A DNA stretch of 64,000 bases from Candidatus Marinacidobacterales bacterium (GTDB lineage: Bacteria; Acidobacteriota; Vicinamibacteria; Marinacidobacterales; DATDRI01): contig OZ245365.1 of NCBI GenBank assembly GCA_965226495.1, forward strand, positions 5,792,001-5,856,000. The letters run 5' to 3'. The notes below the pieces were generated by a model. It saw nothing but the letters and a program-made list of their open reading frames with translations, was not told the DNA's origin and ran no database searches. Both the position numbers and the translations under genes were made by a program. This document shows positions 31,387-41,209 of the stretch, one piece after another (within the stretch, counting starts at the first letter, position 1; the number at the start of each line of letters is the position of its first letter).

Positions 31387-34116
31387 ATGCTCTTTACGTC
31401 GATGCTCGCTGGAGTGGCCTTAGCACTCGCTTTACCTAGCGGAAACGCCTCGGAGCGATTCACCGGAATGGTGGTGAACGACGTCCAAATGGAGTCTTCG
31501 CGTGGGCCGCTTCCCGAGCGGGCGAGGGAATTGGTCGATGTTCAAGCCGGCGATGCCTACGACCCGGCGGCGGTGCGTCGCTCGATCAAACGCCTCTATG
31601 CTCTGGGGCGCTTTAGTGACATCAAGGTGGACGCTAGACCCGAGGGAGATGGCGTCGCGCTTACTTTTCACCTCTACCCCCGCTTGACCGTCGGTGAGGT
31701 CTTGCTTTCGGAACCCACCGCGAGCTCGAAGGAAGTTCTTTCGATGAGAGAGAGGCTGCTCGAAGAGGGAGCCATTTCTCCCGGGGAGCCGTTCGACGCG
31801 ACGCGGGTCGAAGAAGCGGCGGCGCGAATGGCTGTCCTGCTACAAACGAAGGGTTTTCTTTGGGCTCGAGTCGATCCAGAGGCTCGGATCCAAGAGGCGG
31901 AAGCGCAGGTGATTTTTCACGTCGAGCTCGGTCCACGAGCAAGGATTCACGAGATCCGCATTCAAGGAGTGCCGGAGCACACGAAGGAAGACCTGAGACG
32001 GCAGGCCGCACTTAAGCCCGGTTCCCTCTATGACGAGGAGACCGTTAATAAGCAACTCGATGCGATTCTGAAGCGGTGGAAGAGCAGAGGGTTCTACGAG
32101 GCCCGGCTCGACGCCAAGCCGTTACCGCAACCGCCTGACCGCGTCTCGATCGACATCCAAGGGTCGCTAGGCCCTCGCGTCGTGATCGAGGTCACCGGGG
32201 CCGAGTTGAGCCGGAAAACGCTGCGCCGGTTGGCGCCGATCGAAAAAGAAACGAGCGATTCAGAGGACTTGATCGAAGAGTCGCGGGCGAATATCGAAGC
32301 CCACTTTCGGGAGCGCGGATACCCCGACGCGTCGGTTTTGGTTGAGCGCGAGTGGGTGGGTCAGGAGCGACTTACATTGCGGTTCCGTATTGAGCCCGGG
32401 CAACATCTCGAGATCGAGTCGGTGCGAATCGAAGGCCTGAGCGAGGCCGACGAAAAGACGATTCGCACACTTCTCACCACAAGACCGACGGGCCGATTTC
32501 GTTCCTCTCCCTACGTCCCGCGCAAGTGGGACGAAGACCAGAGGGTGGTTCGCAGATACTTACTCCAACAGGGATATCACCGTGCGGTGGTCACGGGCGA
32601 GTTGGAGGCGACAGACGAGGATCCCGGCCGAGTCGATCTCGTCTTGCGCATCGAGAAGGGTCCCGAGGCTCATTTGGAGAGCATCGTCCTCTCAGGGGCG
32701 GAGCAAATTCCGCCTGACGACGTCATCAAGAATAGCGGCCTCAAAGTTGGAGAGGTCTTCGATGCGACCAAGCTAATAGGAGCTCGTGAGAGAACCATCA
32801 ATTTGTACCGGAACCGTGGCTTCCGACAAGCGGTTGTGGAGCTTGCCACGGAGCTAGACGCAAGTGGAACCCGGGGGACGGCGAGTCTTCTCATCGACGA
32901 GGGCACCGAGACGCGTGTCGATCGAATCATCATTACCGGGCTCGACCAGACGAAGGAGCAAACGGTGCAACCCCATGTGATGCTCTCTCCTCAGGAGCCT
33001 CTTTCTTCAGAGGACCTCCTCGAGACGCGACAGCAACTGATCGGAACCGGCCTCTTTCGTGATGTGAGCGTCGAGGTGCTACCTCGCGATCCGGCCACCC
33101 GATCCAGTGACATTCTGATCGACCTGAAGGAAGCCCCTCGAACGACGGTGGGTTACGGATTCGGATATAGCGAACGGGATCTGGCGCGGGTGGAAGGACA
33201 AGTTACTCGCCACAACATCTTTGGAATGAACCGCTCGGCTAGCGTCTTCGCCCGCGCGAGTTTTCGGAGCAATCGCCTCTTTTTCTCGTACCAACAGCCA
33301 GACACGTTCGGACTGGGTTTGCCGTCTTTCGTGACCGCGGTTCGGGAAGAAGGGGAGCGGGCCGACTTCAAGTTCAAACGGGTCGGCGTCGGTATGCAAG
33401 TTCTTAAGCGTGCGTCGAAGCATCAGACGTTTTTCTTTCGATACTCGCTAGAGGACGTAGAACTGCTGGAGGAGCCAGAGAAACCGCCTCCACTCGAGTT
33501 TCAGCCCGCCTTTATCTCCAAGGTCTCGGTATCGTCGGTGACGGATACCAGAGACGATCCGGTCAGCCCAACGCGCGGACAGTTTCGCATCGTGGACTTC
33601 GATTTCTCTCCCAAATTCTTGGGGACCCGCTTGGCGTTCATCAAGGGGTTGGCGCAGCAGTTCTTCTACTTCCCGCTACCCAAAGACTTGGTGTTCGTCC
33701 TCGCGCTTCGGGGCGGTATCGGCCGCACGTTTGATGACGAGGATCCCAGATTACCCGTTACTGAGCGTTTCTTTGCAGGAGGCGCCAACACGTTGCGCGG
33801 CTTCGCGCTCGATGAGGCAAGCCCCAAGAATGACGATGGGAATCCGGTGGGAGGCAACGTCTTGATGTTGCTGAACTTCGAGCTCCGATTTCCGATCACC
33901 AAGAAACTGGGGGGCGTCGTGTTTTCTGATAAGGGGAACGTCTACCGACGAGTAGAGTTCATTCGTCTCCTCAACTGGCGGTACAACGCTGGGTTCGGTT
34001 TCCGCTACGAGACCCCGATCGGCCCGGTACGGGTGGACTACGGAATCAAACTCAACCGTCGCCGCCTCGACGAGCCGAACGGGCGTCTTCACGTGAGTCT
34101 GGGACACCCCTTCTGA
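31387..34116 (+). CDS. Omp85-family outer membrane protein (BamA/TamA) with multiple POTRA domains
   Basis: POTRA repeats (LYALGRF, RGFYEA, GTGLFRDV); ERFFAGGANTLRGF; GFRYETPIGPVRVDYG; terminal F. Confidence 0.93.
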   Translation: MLFTSMLAGVALALALPSGNASERFTGMVVNDVQMESSRGPLPERARELVDVQAGDAYDPAAVRRSIKRLYALGRFSDIKVDARPEGDGVALTFHLYPRLTVGEVLLSEPTASSKEVLSMRERLLEEGAISPGEPFDATRVEEAAARMAVLLQTKGFLWARVDPEARIQEAEAQVIFHVELGPRARIHEIRIQGVPEHTKEDLRRQAALKPGSLYDEETVNKQLDAILKRWKSRGFYEARLDAKPLPQPPDRVSIDIQGSLGPRVVIEVTGAELSRKTLRRLAPIEKETSDSEDLIEESRANIEAHFRERGYPDASVLVEREWVGQERLTLRFRIEPGQHLEIESVRIEGLSEADEKTIRTLLTTRPTGRFRSSPYVPRKWDEDQRVVRRYLLQQGYHRAVVTGELEATDEDPGRVDLVLRIEKGPEAHLESIVLSGAEQIPPDDVIKNSGLKVGEVFDATKLIGARERTINLYRNRGFRQAVVELATELDASGTRGTASLLIDEGTETRVDRIIITGLDQTKEQTVQPHVMLSPQEPLSSEDLLETRQQLIGTGLFRDVSVEVLPRDPATRSSDILIDLKEAPRTTVGYGFGYSERDLARVEGQVTRHNIFGMNRSASVFARASFRSNRLFFSYQQPDTFGLGLPSFVTAVREEGERADFKFKRVGVGMQVLKRASKHQTFFFRYSLEDVELLEEPEKPPPLEFQPAFISKVSVSSVTDTRDDPVSPTRGQFRIVDFDFSPKFLGTRLAFIKGLAQQFFYFPLPKDLVFVLALRGGIGRTFDDEDPRLPVTERFFAGGANTLRGFALDEASPKNDDGNPVGGNVLMLLNFELRFPITKKLGGVVFSDKGNVYRRVEFIRLLNWRYNAGFGFRYETPIGPVRVDYGIKLNRRRLDEPNGRLHVSLGHPF

Positions 34117-34117
34117 G

Positions 34118-34753
34118 ATGAACGCAACAAGGATGATACGAGCCGCGAGTCTAGTACTGGGAAGCCTGACGCTTGCCGTACCCATCGTGCGAGCGGAAAT
34201 CGTGGATCGGATTGCCGCCGTCTTAGACCGGGAAGCCATTACTCTTTCCGAAGCGGAGCAAGCGGCGGAGTACCGCGCGCTTCGGGGTGAAGAAGAGTTG
34301 TCGATGAGTGAGTTGGTCGAGAGGCTCATCGAAGCGCGTCTCGTCGAGAGAGAAGTGAATCGCTATCCCGAAGAGTCTATACCTCAAGAACAAATCGATG
34401 AGGTGCTCGACGCGATCCGGCAGTCCTTCCCCTTGGAGGAAACGCTTGTTGATATCCAAGGAATGACTCTGGACGAGTTGGAAGCGTTAGTGAGAAAGCA
34501 GCTCACGGTCCAGCGTTACCTGGAGCGTCGATTTCGGCCACTCGTTTACGTCACCGAGGCCGACATCGAAAAATACTATGCCGACGAGCTTGTTCCGGTC
34601 CTCGACGACGCCGGCGAAGCGGTACCACCTGTCGAAAGCGTCGCGGGAAGCATTAGGAGGATTCTAGAAGAGAAAGCGTTCAACCAGCGGGTGGACCGCT
34701 GGATTGGGGATCTCAAGTCGCGGGCACACGTGCGCCGGTATGTGTGGCAATAG
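34118..34753 (+). CDS. SurA N-terminal-domain-like periplasmic chaperone
   Basis: Signal peptide, EIVDRIAAV, ITLSE, VTEADIEKYY, WIGDLKSRA. Confidence 0.8.
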   Translation: MNATRMIRAASLVLGSLTLAVPIVRAEIVDRIAAVLDREAITLSEAEQAAEYRALRGEEELSMSELVERLIEARLVEREVNRYPEESIPQEQIDEVLDAIRQSFPLEETLVDIQGMTLDELEALVRKQLTVQRYLERRFRPLVYVTEADIEKYYADELVPVLDDAGEAVPPVESVAGSIRRILEEKAFNQRVDRWIGDLKSRAHVRRYVWQ

Positions 34754-34755
34754 AA

Positions 34756-34836
34756 GCTGGCTTCCTTCCTTTACTCCCTCTCCCTCTGGGAGAGGGCCGG
34801 GGTGAGGGTCGATCTGCTGGCTTCCTTCCTTCCTTT
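34756..34836. repeat. BoxC/intrastrand-triplex-type repeat flanked by direct repeats
   Basis: CCCTCTCCC-TCT-GGGAGAGGG-CCG-GGGTGAGGG (34776-34808) between two copies of GCTGGCTTCCTTCCTT; lies between convergent genes. Confidence 0.85.
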
Positions 34837-36184
34837 ATTCTGTGGCGCTTCGTAGGGCTTCCCGCACGGTTTCCAATCCGAACGTGCCGCCCAGCGGCAT
34901 GTCCGAGATGCTGGCGGTGATCGCCGACGCCAGATCGGCTTGTTCGAAAGGGGGCGGCGGGGCTACTGTTCCCGCTCGCAGACCGGCGAGCACTTCTTCG
35001 AGAAACGCTAAATAGGCGTTCGCCTCTGCGCGAAGGCTATAGGCCTCTTCGACGTGCTCCCGAGCATATCGCCCCATCGCGCGCCTCAGTTCGGGCCGGT
35101 TTGCAAACAGCTCGAGAGTCCTTGCGATCTCTTTCACCTCCGGCGGTCCCAAATCGATCCGAGCCACCGTGTATTCTGGGAACTCTACGAACGGACCGGT
35201 ATTGGAGACCAGGACCGGTTTGCCCATGCCTAGGGTTCGGATAAGAGTGCCGGAGAGCTCTCCGGTGGAAGGGAACCTGAGGTTTACTACGACGTCCGAC
35301 GCGAGCATATAGAGGTAGAAGCGATCCATCGGCTGCCGCCCCGTCACCACGATCTTGTCCTTGAGCTCCGGTGAACGGGTGTGGGCTTCGATCGGAAAGC
35401 CCTTCTGCACGTCGCCGACGATCAGGAAGCGGGCATCAGGTCGGTTAAGAGCAAACAGACGAAACCCCTCGAGGGCTTCCTCCATGCGCTTGGCTCGAGT
35501 CACGAGCCCGAAAGACGAGACCAGGAAGCCATCCTGTGGTAGGCCAAGCATCTTACGGGCCTCGGCCACGTCTGTCGTAGGAAGAGGGGGCGGTGGTGCG
35601 TAGTGGTGTGGTGCCTTGCCGATGAACTTACCCACCGGCATGCTTCCGAATCGACGCCTCAGCCAGCCTTGCATGAATCGCGTCAAAACCAAGACCCCAT
35701 AACTTCTTTCGACGACTCTTTCGCACAGCGGAAACTTGGAGACCAGTAGATCGCTTCCCAATGCCAGGGCGATCTGCCTACCCAACGCGGCTCCGCGGTC
35801 ACCGTAGGCTCGTTTCATCTCCGCCACGTAGAGCTCGACGTTCGCGCGCTCCACGGAAAGTCCAAGAAACAGATGCTGGAGAACGAGGTCGTGCATCACG
35901 ACGACGCCCGGAAAGCGCAGTGCGGCGTTGAGGGCGTAACGGTGGTAGGAGCTATTGCCGAGCTGGTACAGATTTAGGTCGAATTTTTCTCGCTGGTTGA
36001 CTTCTTCGAACTCTTTCGCTTGGTGCCATGGGAACCGTTCGGCGATGGTAGGCTCGGACGGCGTATAGCCGTCGACAAATAAATGGATCTCCGCCCCGTC
36101 GGCGAGATAAGGTAGAAGCTCCTCGCTGTAATCAGCGACGCCCGTTTCCATGGGGCTGAGCGGACTCCAATAGGCGATCTTCAT
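34835..36184 (-). CDS. Glycosyltransferase family 4
   Basis: MKIAYWSPL..TGVADYS, YQLGNSSYH, VMHD, NLRFPSTGELSG, GKPVLVS. Confidence 0.9.
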   Translation of the reverse strand: MKIAYWSPLSPMETGVADYSEELLPYLADGAEIHLFVDGYTPSEPTIAERFPWHQAKEFEEVNQREKFDLNLYQLGNSSYHRYALNAALRFPGVVVMHDLVLQHLFLGLSVERANVELYVAEMKRAYGDRGAALGRQIALALGSDLLVSKFPLCERVVERSYGVLVLTRFMQGWLRRRFGSMPVGKFIGKAPHHYAPPPPLPTTDVAEARKMLGLPQDGFLVSSFGLVTRAKRMEEALEGFRLFALNRPDARFLIVGDVQKGFPIEAHTRSPELKDKIVVTGRQPMDRFYLYMLASDVVVNLRFPSTGELSGTLIRTLGMGKPVLVSNTGPFVEFPEYTVARIDLGPPEVKEIARTLELFANRPELRRAMGRYAREHVEEAYSLRAEANAYLAFLEEVLAGLRAGTVAPPPPFEQADLASAITASISDMPLGGTFGLETVREALRSATE

Positions 36185-37227
36185 CTGAGAGGAGCGGTCA
36201 GGGAATCGATGATGTGGTCCCAACCGATTCCACTTACCTTGGGCTTACCCTGTTTTCCCATCTCCCGAGCCCGATCGCGATTGGCGAAGAGACTCTTCAC
36301 CGCCTCGGCGATCGCCTCGGCTCGCGGCTCGACGATAAGGCCGTTCACTTCATGGTCTACGAACTCCAGGGTTCCTCCGGAATCGTTGCAAGTCACGACC
36401 GGCTTCCCGGCCATGAAAGCTTCCACTGTGACATAGCCGTAGTCTTCATCGAGGGGCGCGTAGAGAACCGCGAACGTGCCGGCGTAGAGCTCGAGTAGCT
36501 CTTCATCAGATACGAAGCCCTTGAGCACGACGCGATCCTGGAGCCCGAGCCGCTCGATCTGACGCTCCAGGTTCTCTCGCTGTGGCCCGGATCCTGCGAT
36601 GACCAACTTGGCTTCTCCGATGTGGCGAAAAGCGTCCACCAGGAGATCGCATCGCTTCAGTGGGTCGAGTCGTCCTGCGAACAGCGCGTAGTCACCGAAG
36701 GGGCCTTCTCGATAACGCCCCGCGTAATTCGGCGGCGGGTACAAGGGCGTCGATGCAATGTCGTTGTAGCGCTCGAGTCGGGAAGACACGTTCTGCGAAA
36801 TCGTGAAAACGGAGCGAGATTCGCGCAGCGTTTTGTTGTCCATGCGGATGATAGTTTGCCGGATCTCTTGTTCCTCGGGGTCGTCGGTGAAACTGCAGTA
36901 GGGGGTCCCATAAAGGTCGTAGACCTCGCGGTGCTGGTGGAAGAGCCAAGTGACTTTGGTCGGATGTCGAACGAGGTACGACGGAAATTTCGTGGCAATG
37001 ACCATATCGATCGGCATTCCGTTCGACTCGGTGATCTCCACCCAGCGCCAGAGGAGAGCCTGCTTGATGAGGTCTCGAACTGGATACCACTTGAAGGGTA
37101 TGTTGACGACGTCGACCGCATAGCCTCTCGTCTTGAGCTGTGCCGCGAGCTCGCCGACCAGGATCTCTGCTCCCCCGGTGATCAACGGGGCTTGGACGGA
37201 ACAAATGCAGATTGTTCGGCGTGGCAT
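36181..37227 (-). CDS. Glycosyltransferase family 4
   Basis: GGAE, AGRLDPLKR, EDYGYVTVEAFMAGKPVV. Confidence 0.92.
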   Translation of the reverse strand: MPRRTICICSVQAPLITGGAEILVGELAAQLKTRGYAVDVVNIPFKWYPVRDLIKQALLWRWVEITESNGMPIDMVIATKFPSYLVRHPTKVTWLFHQHREVYDLYGTPYCSFTDDPEEQEIRQTIIRMDNKTLRESRSVFTISQNVSSRLERYNDIASTPLYPPPNYAGRYREGPFGDYALFAGRLDPLKRCDLLVDAFRHIGEAKLVIAGSGPQRENLERQIERLGLQDRVVLKGFVSDEELLELYAGTFAVLYAPLDEDYGYVTVEAFMAGKPVVTCNDSGGTLEFVDHEVNGLIVEPRAEAIAEAVKSLFANRDRAREMGKQGKPKVSGIGWDHIIDSLTAPLR

Positions 37228-37239
37228 TTGGAGTAGGGC

Positions 37240-37908
37240 TCAGCGTTTCGCCGAGGCGGACAGCTTCTCCTCCAACTGGCGAGCCCTTTGAGCGATGTCC
37301 TTAAGCTCCTCCCGAGCTTCCTTGAGCGTGCCCTCGAGGTAGAGGTGGTTTTGCTCGGCGGTCTCGAAAACGAAATCCATGCGTTTGACCAGCTCGTGCA
37401 CGTGCCTGACCAGCTCTTGTTGAAGAATCAGATGACGCTCGTCGATCTCTTCCATCCGCTTCCCGTAAAGCCCGAGCATTTGATCGTAGTGCACTGAAAT
37501 TCGATCCAATCGTTTGTCGATGTACTGCACCAGCTCGTTTCCGAACCGGACTTGCGCGGAGTTGAGCTCGACCTGGCGCTCGACAATGGGGCCGAGGGCG
37601 AAGCGTACGAGTCTCTGGAGCGGGCGGCGCAGCGGAGAAAAAATCCTCGCGATTCGACCTGGGGGAAGGGTCTCGAAAGCGGTAGAGATGTCCCATGACG
37701 CATTCAACCGCTCGGTGCTCGGCGAGGTCGGGACCTCCGTCGATGGCGACTCCGCCGGCTGGACCGAACCTAGTGGAGCATGCGGCTCCGAGAGCTTCTG
37801 ATAGGGGGAAGGCTTGGGTGAAGGATTGTCTTCGGATCGCACGCGCTCGCGCACATCGCGGAGCGCGTCTGACACTTCCTCTTTTAGGGGATCGTTGGGC
37901 TCACCCAC
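37240..37908 (-). CDS. Coiled-coil hypothetical protein in a glycosyltransferase operon
   Basis: Helical heptad pattern (RQVELNSA...); co-oriented with the two GT4 genes. Confidence 0.7.
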   Translation of the reverse strand: MGEPNDPLKEEVSDALRDVRERVRSEDNPSPKPSPYQKLSEPHAPLGSVQPAESPSTEVPTSPSTERLNASWDISTAFETLPPGRIARIFSPLRRPLQRLVRFALGPIVERQVELNSAQVRFGNELVQYIDKRLDRISVHYDQMLGLYGKRMEEIDERHLILQQELVRHVHELVKRMDFVFETAEQNHLYLEGTLKEAREELKDIAQRARQLEEKLSASAKR

Positions 37909-37949
37909 AACAGATTTCTATCTTAGAAGTCTCGAGACTGTCAAAAGCA

Positions 37950-38018
37950 GAGTTTCGGGGACAGGTGATTTAATTCCGTATACCGGAAGGCTGAATCAAA
38001 TCACCTTTCCCGAAACTC
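37950..38018. repeat. REP-like imperfect palindrome (CGGGGACAGG family)
   Basis: GAGTTTCGGGGACAGGTGATTTAATTC...GAATCAAATCACCTTTCCCGAAACTC. Confidence 0.75.
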
Positions 38019-39483
38019 AGTAGCGAGGTAAAGAGGGGTCGATCCGCTCTGCCCAGGCGAGAATTCCTCCTTCGAGGTTTCTCACCTTGCGAAAGCCCAT
38101 GCCCATCAGGAATTGGACAGCCTGGGCGCTTCTCGCGCCACTTCGGCAGTGAACGACGATCTCGTCCGCCGAGCTCAACTGATTCACTGCCTGAGGGAGC
38201 TCACCGAGCGGGATCAGCTTGGCATCGTCTAGGTGAGCGATGTTCCACTCCTGCGTTTCCCGTACATCTAGGATGAAGACGTCTTCCTTATTATCCATGA
38301 GAGACTTCAGCTCCTCGACGGATATTGTCGGCACGCCCGCTCCGGTGCCCGCCGCCGCCGGTTCCTCGCGGGGGATGCCGCAGAATTGCTCGTAGTCTAT
38401 GAGCTCCTTGATGGTGGCGTGCTCGCCACAGAGCATGCAATCGGGATCTTTTCGAAGATTCAGCTCCCGGAAGTTCATTTTGAGAGCGTCGAAGAGCAGC
38501 AGCCTTCCAATGAGAGAACTCCCCACTCCTAGGATTAGTTTGACCACCTCGAGTGCCTGCAGCGTCCCCACGATCCCGGGGAGAACTCCCAAGACTCCGC
38601 CTTCCGCGCAGCTCGGGACGAGGCCGGGTGGTGGTGGTTCCGGATAGAGGCAGCGGTAGCAGGGTCCTTCTTTTGCGTAGAAGACCGAGGCCTGACCCTC
38701 GAAGCGGAAGATGCTGCCGTAGACGTTGGGCTTGCCTAGAAGCACGCAGGCATCGTTCACCAAATAGCGCGTCGGAAAATTGTCGGTGCCGTCTGCGACG
38801 ATGTCGTATTCTTGGAAGATCTCGAGAGCGTTCTCCGAGCTCAGCCGCACCTCGTGCGTATCGATCTGAATGTGTGGATTGATTCCTGCCAGTCGCTCCT
38901 TGGCGACCTCGAGCTTGGGTCGCCCGACGTCGCCCGTAGAGTAGGTCACCTGGCGTTGCAGGTTCGACGAGTCGACGACATCGAAGTCCACGAGCCCGAT
39001 GCGTCCGACTCCGGCCGCCGCGAGGTAGAGCCCAAGGGGAGCACCCAAACCTCCGGCGCCAATGAGTAGCACTTGGGCCTGCTTCAGCTTCGCCTGACCC
39101 TCCATGCCCACTTCGGGCATGATGAGGTGTCGGCTGTAGCGCTGGATCTCGTCGTGACTGAAGGTCACCCTGGCACTGGCCGTGCCGGTCGCTGCCCCAG
39201 CCCCTCCGGCCCCCCCGGCAATGCTGGGCACGATGCTCACCACGTCGGAGTCCGTCACCGGAGTCTCTTCTCGCGACAGGTATCGGATGTCCTCTTCGTT
39301 GACGTAGATGTTGACGAAGTTTCGGAGCTTCCCTTCATCATTGAATAAATGCTTCTTGAGGGGTTCGTACCGTTCGGTGAGACTAGTGAGCAACTCGGCC
39401 ACCGTATTGCCCTCGAGCTCGATAGCCTCGAGCTTGTCGGTATAAGCCCGTAGAGGGGTGGGAATCATTACCTTGACTGCCAT
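38017..39483 (-). CDS. moeZ: MoaD/CysO-like sulfur carrier fused to MoeB/MoeZ adenylyltransferase-rhodanese
   Basis: Ubl domain ending PSIAGG (residue 91), Gly/Ala linker, RYSRH, GAGGLG, SNLQRQ, CYRC, PSCAEGGVLG, CMLC, rhodanese HCRSGARS. Confidence 0.93.
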   Translation of the reverse strand: MAVKVMIPTPLRAYTDKLEAIELEGNTVAELLTSLTERYEPLKKHLFNDEGKLRNFVNIYVNEEDIRYLSREETPVTDSDVVSIVPSIAGGAGGAGAATGTASARVTFSHDEIQRYSRHLIMPEVGMEGQAKLKQAQVLLIGAGGLGAPLGLYLAAAGVGRIGLVDFDVVDSSNLQRQVTYSTGDVGRPKLEVAKERLAGINPHIQIDTHEVRLSSENALEIFQEYDIVADGTDNFPTRYLVNDACVLLGKPNVYGSIFRFEGQASVFYAKEGPCYRCLYPEPPPPGLVPSCAEGGVLGVLPGIVGTLQALEVVKLILGVGSSLIGRLLLFDALKMNFRELNLRKDPDCMLCGEHATIKELIDYEQFCGIPREEPAAAGTGAGVPTISVEELKSLMDNKEDVFILDVRETQEWNIAHLDDAKLIPLGELPQAVNQLSSADEIVVHCRSGARSAQAVQFLMGMGFRKVRNLEGGILAWAERIDPSLPRY

Positions 39484-39524
39484 AACAAGTACTCCTTCTT
39501 GTGAAATCGCTCGAAGCCGAGTGC

Positions 39525-39953
39525 CTAGACCGTTTGGAGTTCCTCTGCATCGAATTCGGAGCGGTCTTCCTTCATCACGAAAGACCGCACTTCGGTCGGT
39601 TCGCCCTTCTGGACGGAAACGATGACGTACGAAAAGAAAGGGAACGCATGTGCTAAATCATACCCCGAAGGAAACGCCGGGTGATCGGGGTGTGAGTGAT
39701 AGAAACCCAGCAAGGTCAATCCACGTGCCGACGCCTCGGCTTCGGCTCGCTGGTAGTCCTTGGGGGTGACGAGGAAGCGGCGATGGCGCTCACCGTCTCG
39801 AGAGTTGGCAAGCGGCTGCACGTCCTGAACGTCCTTGATAGTCATGTCCGGGCCTTCCTGCCGTCCGAACATGACACCACACGCTTCGTCGCGGTAGCTT
39901 TCTCGGCCATGACCGCGGATGGTCTCTAGTAGCCGTTCAGGAAATCGAATCAC
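39525..39953 (-). CDS. JAMM/Mov34 (M67) metalloprotease, Mec-like
   Basis: EACG and YHSHPDHPAFPSGYD JAMM motif; likely GTG start at 39953. Confidence 0.92.
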   Translation of the reverse strand: MIRFPERLLETIRGHGRESYRDEACGVMFGRQEGPDMTIKDVQDVQPLANSRDGERHRRFLVTPKDYQRAEAEASARGLTLLGFYHSHPDHPAFPSGYDLAHAFPFFSYVIVSVQKGEPTEVRSFVMKEDRSEFDAEELQTV

Positions 39954-40890
39954 GGGTCCACGGTCCTTCGGAGAGATACTTATCGCCACCGTCGGGGAAG
40001 ATCGTGACCACCACACCGTCTTTAACGAGCTCGGCAACATGCTCAACGGCGACCAAGGCGGCACCGGAAGAAAGGCCCACGAAAAGCCCGCGATCCCGGG
40101 ATAGCCGCAGGCAGGCCTGGTAGGCCTCTTCGGTCCGAATCGTCAGCGTCTCGTCGGCAATCGTGTCGTCATAAATCCCTGGCACCATAGCGGTCTCCAT
40201 ATGCTTCAAGCCTTCGATAGCGTGCATCGGTGAATCGGGCTGGAAGGATATGCACCGGATCGCCGGTGACAGCTCCTTGAGCCTACGACTATTCCCGACG
40301 AAGGTTCCGCTCGTTCCGAGCCCTGCGACGAAGTGCGTCACACGTCCGTCGGTTTGCTCCCAAATTTCTTCGGCCGTCGTCCGATAGTGGGCTTGCCAAT
40401 TAGCCGGATTGTTGTACTGATCCGGATAAAAGTAAAGGTCAGGCTTCTCAGCGGAAAGCTGGCGAGCCCTGACGATAGCACCATCCGTTCCCTCGAGGGC
40501 GCTCGTTTCGATGAGCTCCGCCCCGTAGGCTCGGAGGATCAGTTTCCTTTCCTTGCTGGCATTGGCGGGGAGGCACACTCGAACGCGGTACCCTTTCGCG
40601 GCCCCCAACATGGCGAACGAGATCCCCGTATTGCCGCTGGTGGCCTCGAGGATGACTTTGCCCGGTCTCAGGCGACCGCTCTTCTCCCCCTGTTGCAACA
40701 TCTCGAGGGCGGCCCGATCCTTAACCGATCCCCCTGGATTGAACCATTCGGCCTTGGCGTAGATCTCGGTACGAGAACCTTGGTCCTCTCCGATACTGAG
40801 CAGAGGGGTCCCGCCGACGGCCCCTTCCAACGTGCTCGGTCCCGCGGAAGTCCTTGTGTTTGAATAGCTTAGCATTCTGGGTTTGGTCAA
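39937..40890 (-). CDS. cysM: PLP-dependent cysteine synthase (CysM-like)
   Basis: NPGGSVKDR, EATSGNTG, DQYNNPAN, GLGTSGT, SSGA, PDGGDKYLS. Confidence 0.92.
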   Translation of the reverse strand: MTKPRMLSYSNTRTSAGPSTLEGAVGGTPLLSIGEDQGSRTEIYAKAEWFNPGGSVKDRAALEMLQQGEKSGRLRPGKVILEATSGNTGISFAMLGAAKGYRVRVCLPANASKERKLILRAYGAELIETSALEGTDGAIVRARQLSAEKPDLYFYPDQYNNPANWQAHYRTTAEEIWEQTDGRVTHFVAGLGTSGTFVGNSRRLKELSPAIRCISFQPDSPMHAIEGLKHMETAMVPGIYDDTIADETLTIRTEEAYQACLRLSRDRGLFVGLSSGAALVAVEHVAELVKDGVVVTIFPDGGDKYLSEGPWTRDSIS

Positions 40891-40943
40891 GACCCAGTTC
40901 TCCCAACTGGTCGGTTCCTTGCAGACTGTGTATACCTTTGCAT

Positions 40944-40971
40944 ATTATAAATCCCCATCTTTATTAGTCAA
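40944..40971 (-). promoter_or_regulatory. Sigma70 promoter of the cysM operon, possibly overlapped by an Rrf2-type box
   Basis: Minus strand TTGACT-N16-TATAAT in an AT-rich island. Confidence 0.7.
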
Positions 40972-41142
40972 GTTTAATGGGCAACTAGGGAGCACACCAG
41001 GAATCACCGGCATAATTGGGGACGCGGAAGGGGTAAAAAGTGGACAGGGGGTGTAAAGTTTTGAGGCTCTCGCCGCCGGCGAGAAAACGCACAAAATCCC
41101 TTAAACTGCTGATTACTAACGGATTTTGGATTGGCCAGCGCT

Positions 41143-41159
41143 TTGGCACGGGACTTGAA
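41143..41159 (+). promoter_or_regulatory. Putative sigma54 -24/-12 promoter
   Basis: TTGGCACG-GGAC-TTGAA (canonical -24; -12 has GA instead of GC), 50 nt before the sigma gene. Confidence 0.6.
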
Positions 41160-41209
41160 GGATACATAGCTAAGAGGAGGGAGCCCGTCCTCAGGAAAGG
41201 GAAGAACTT

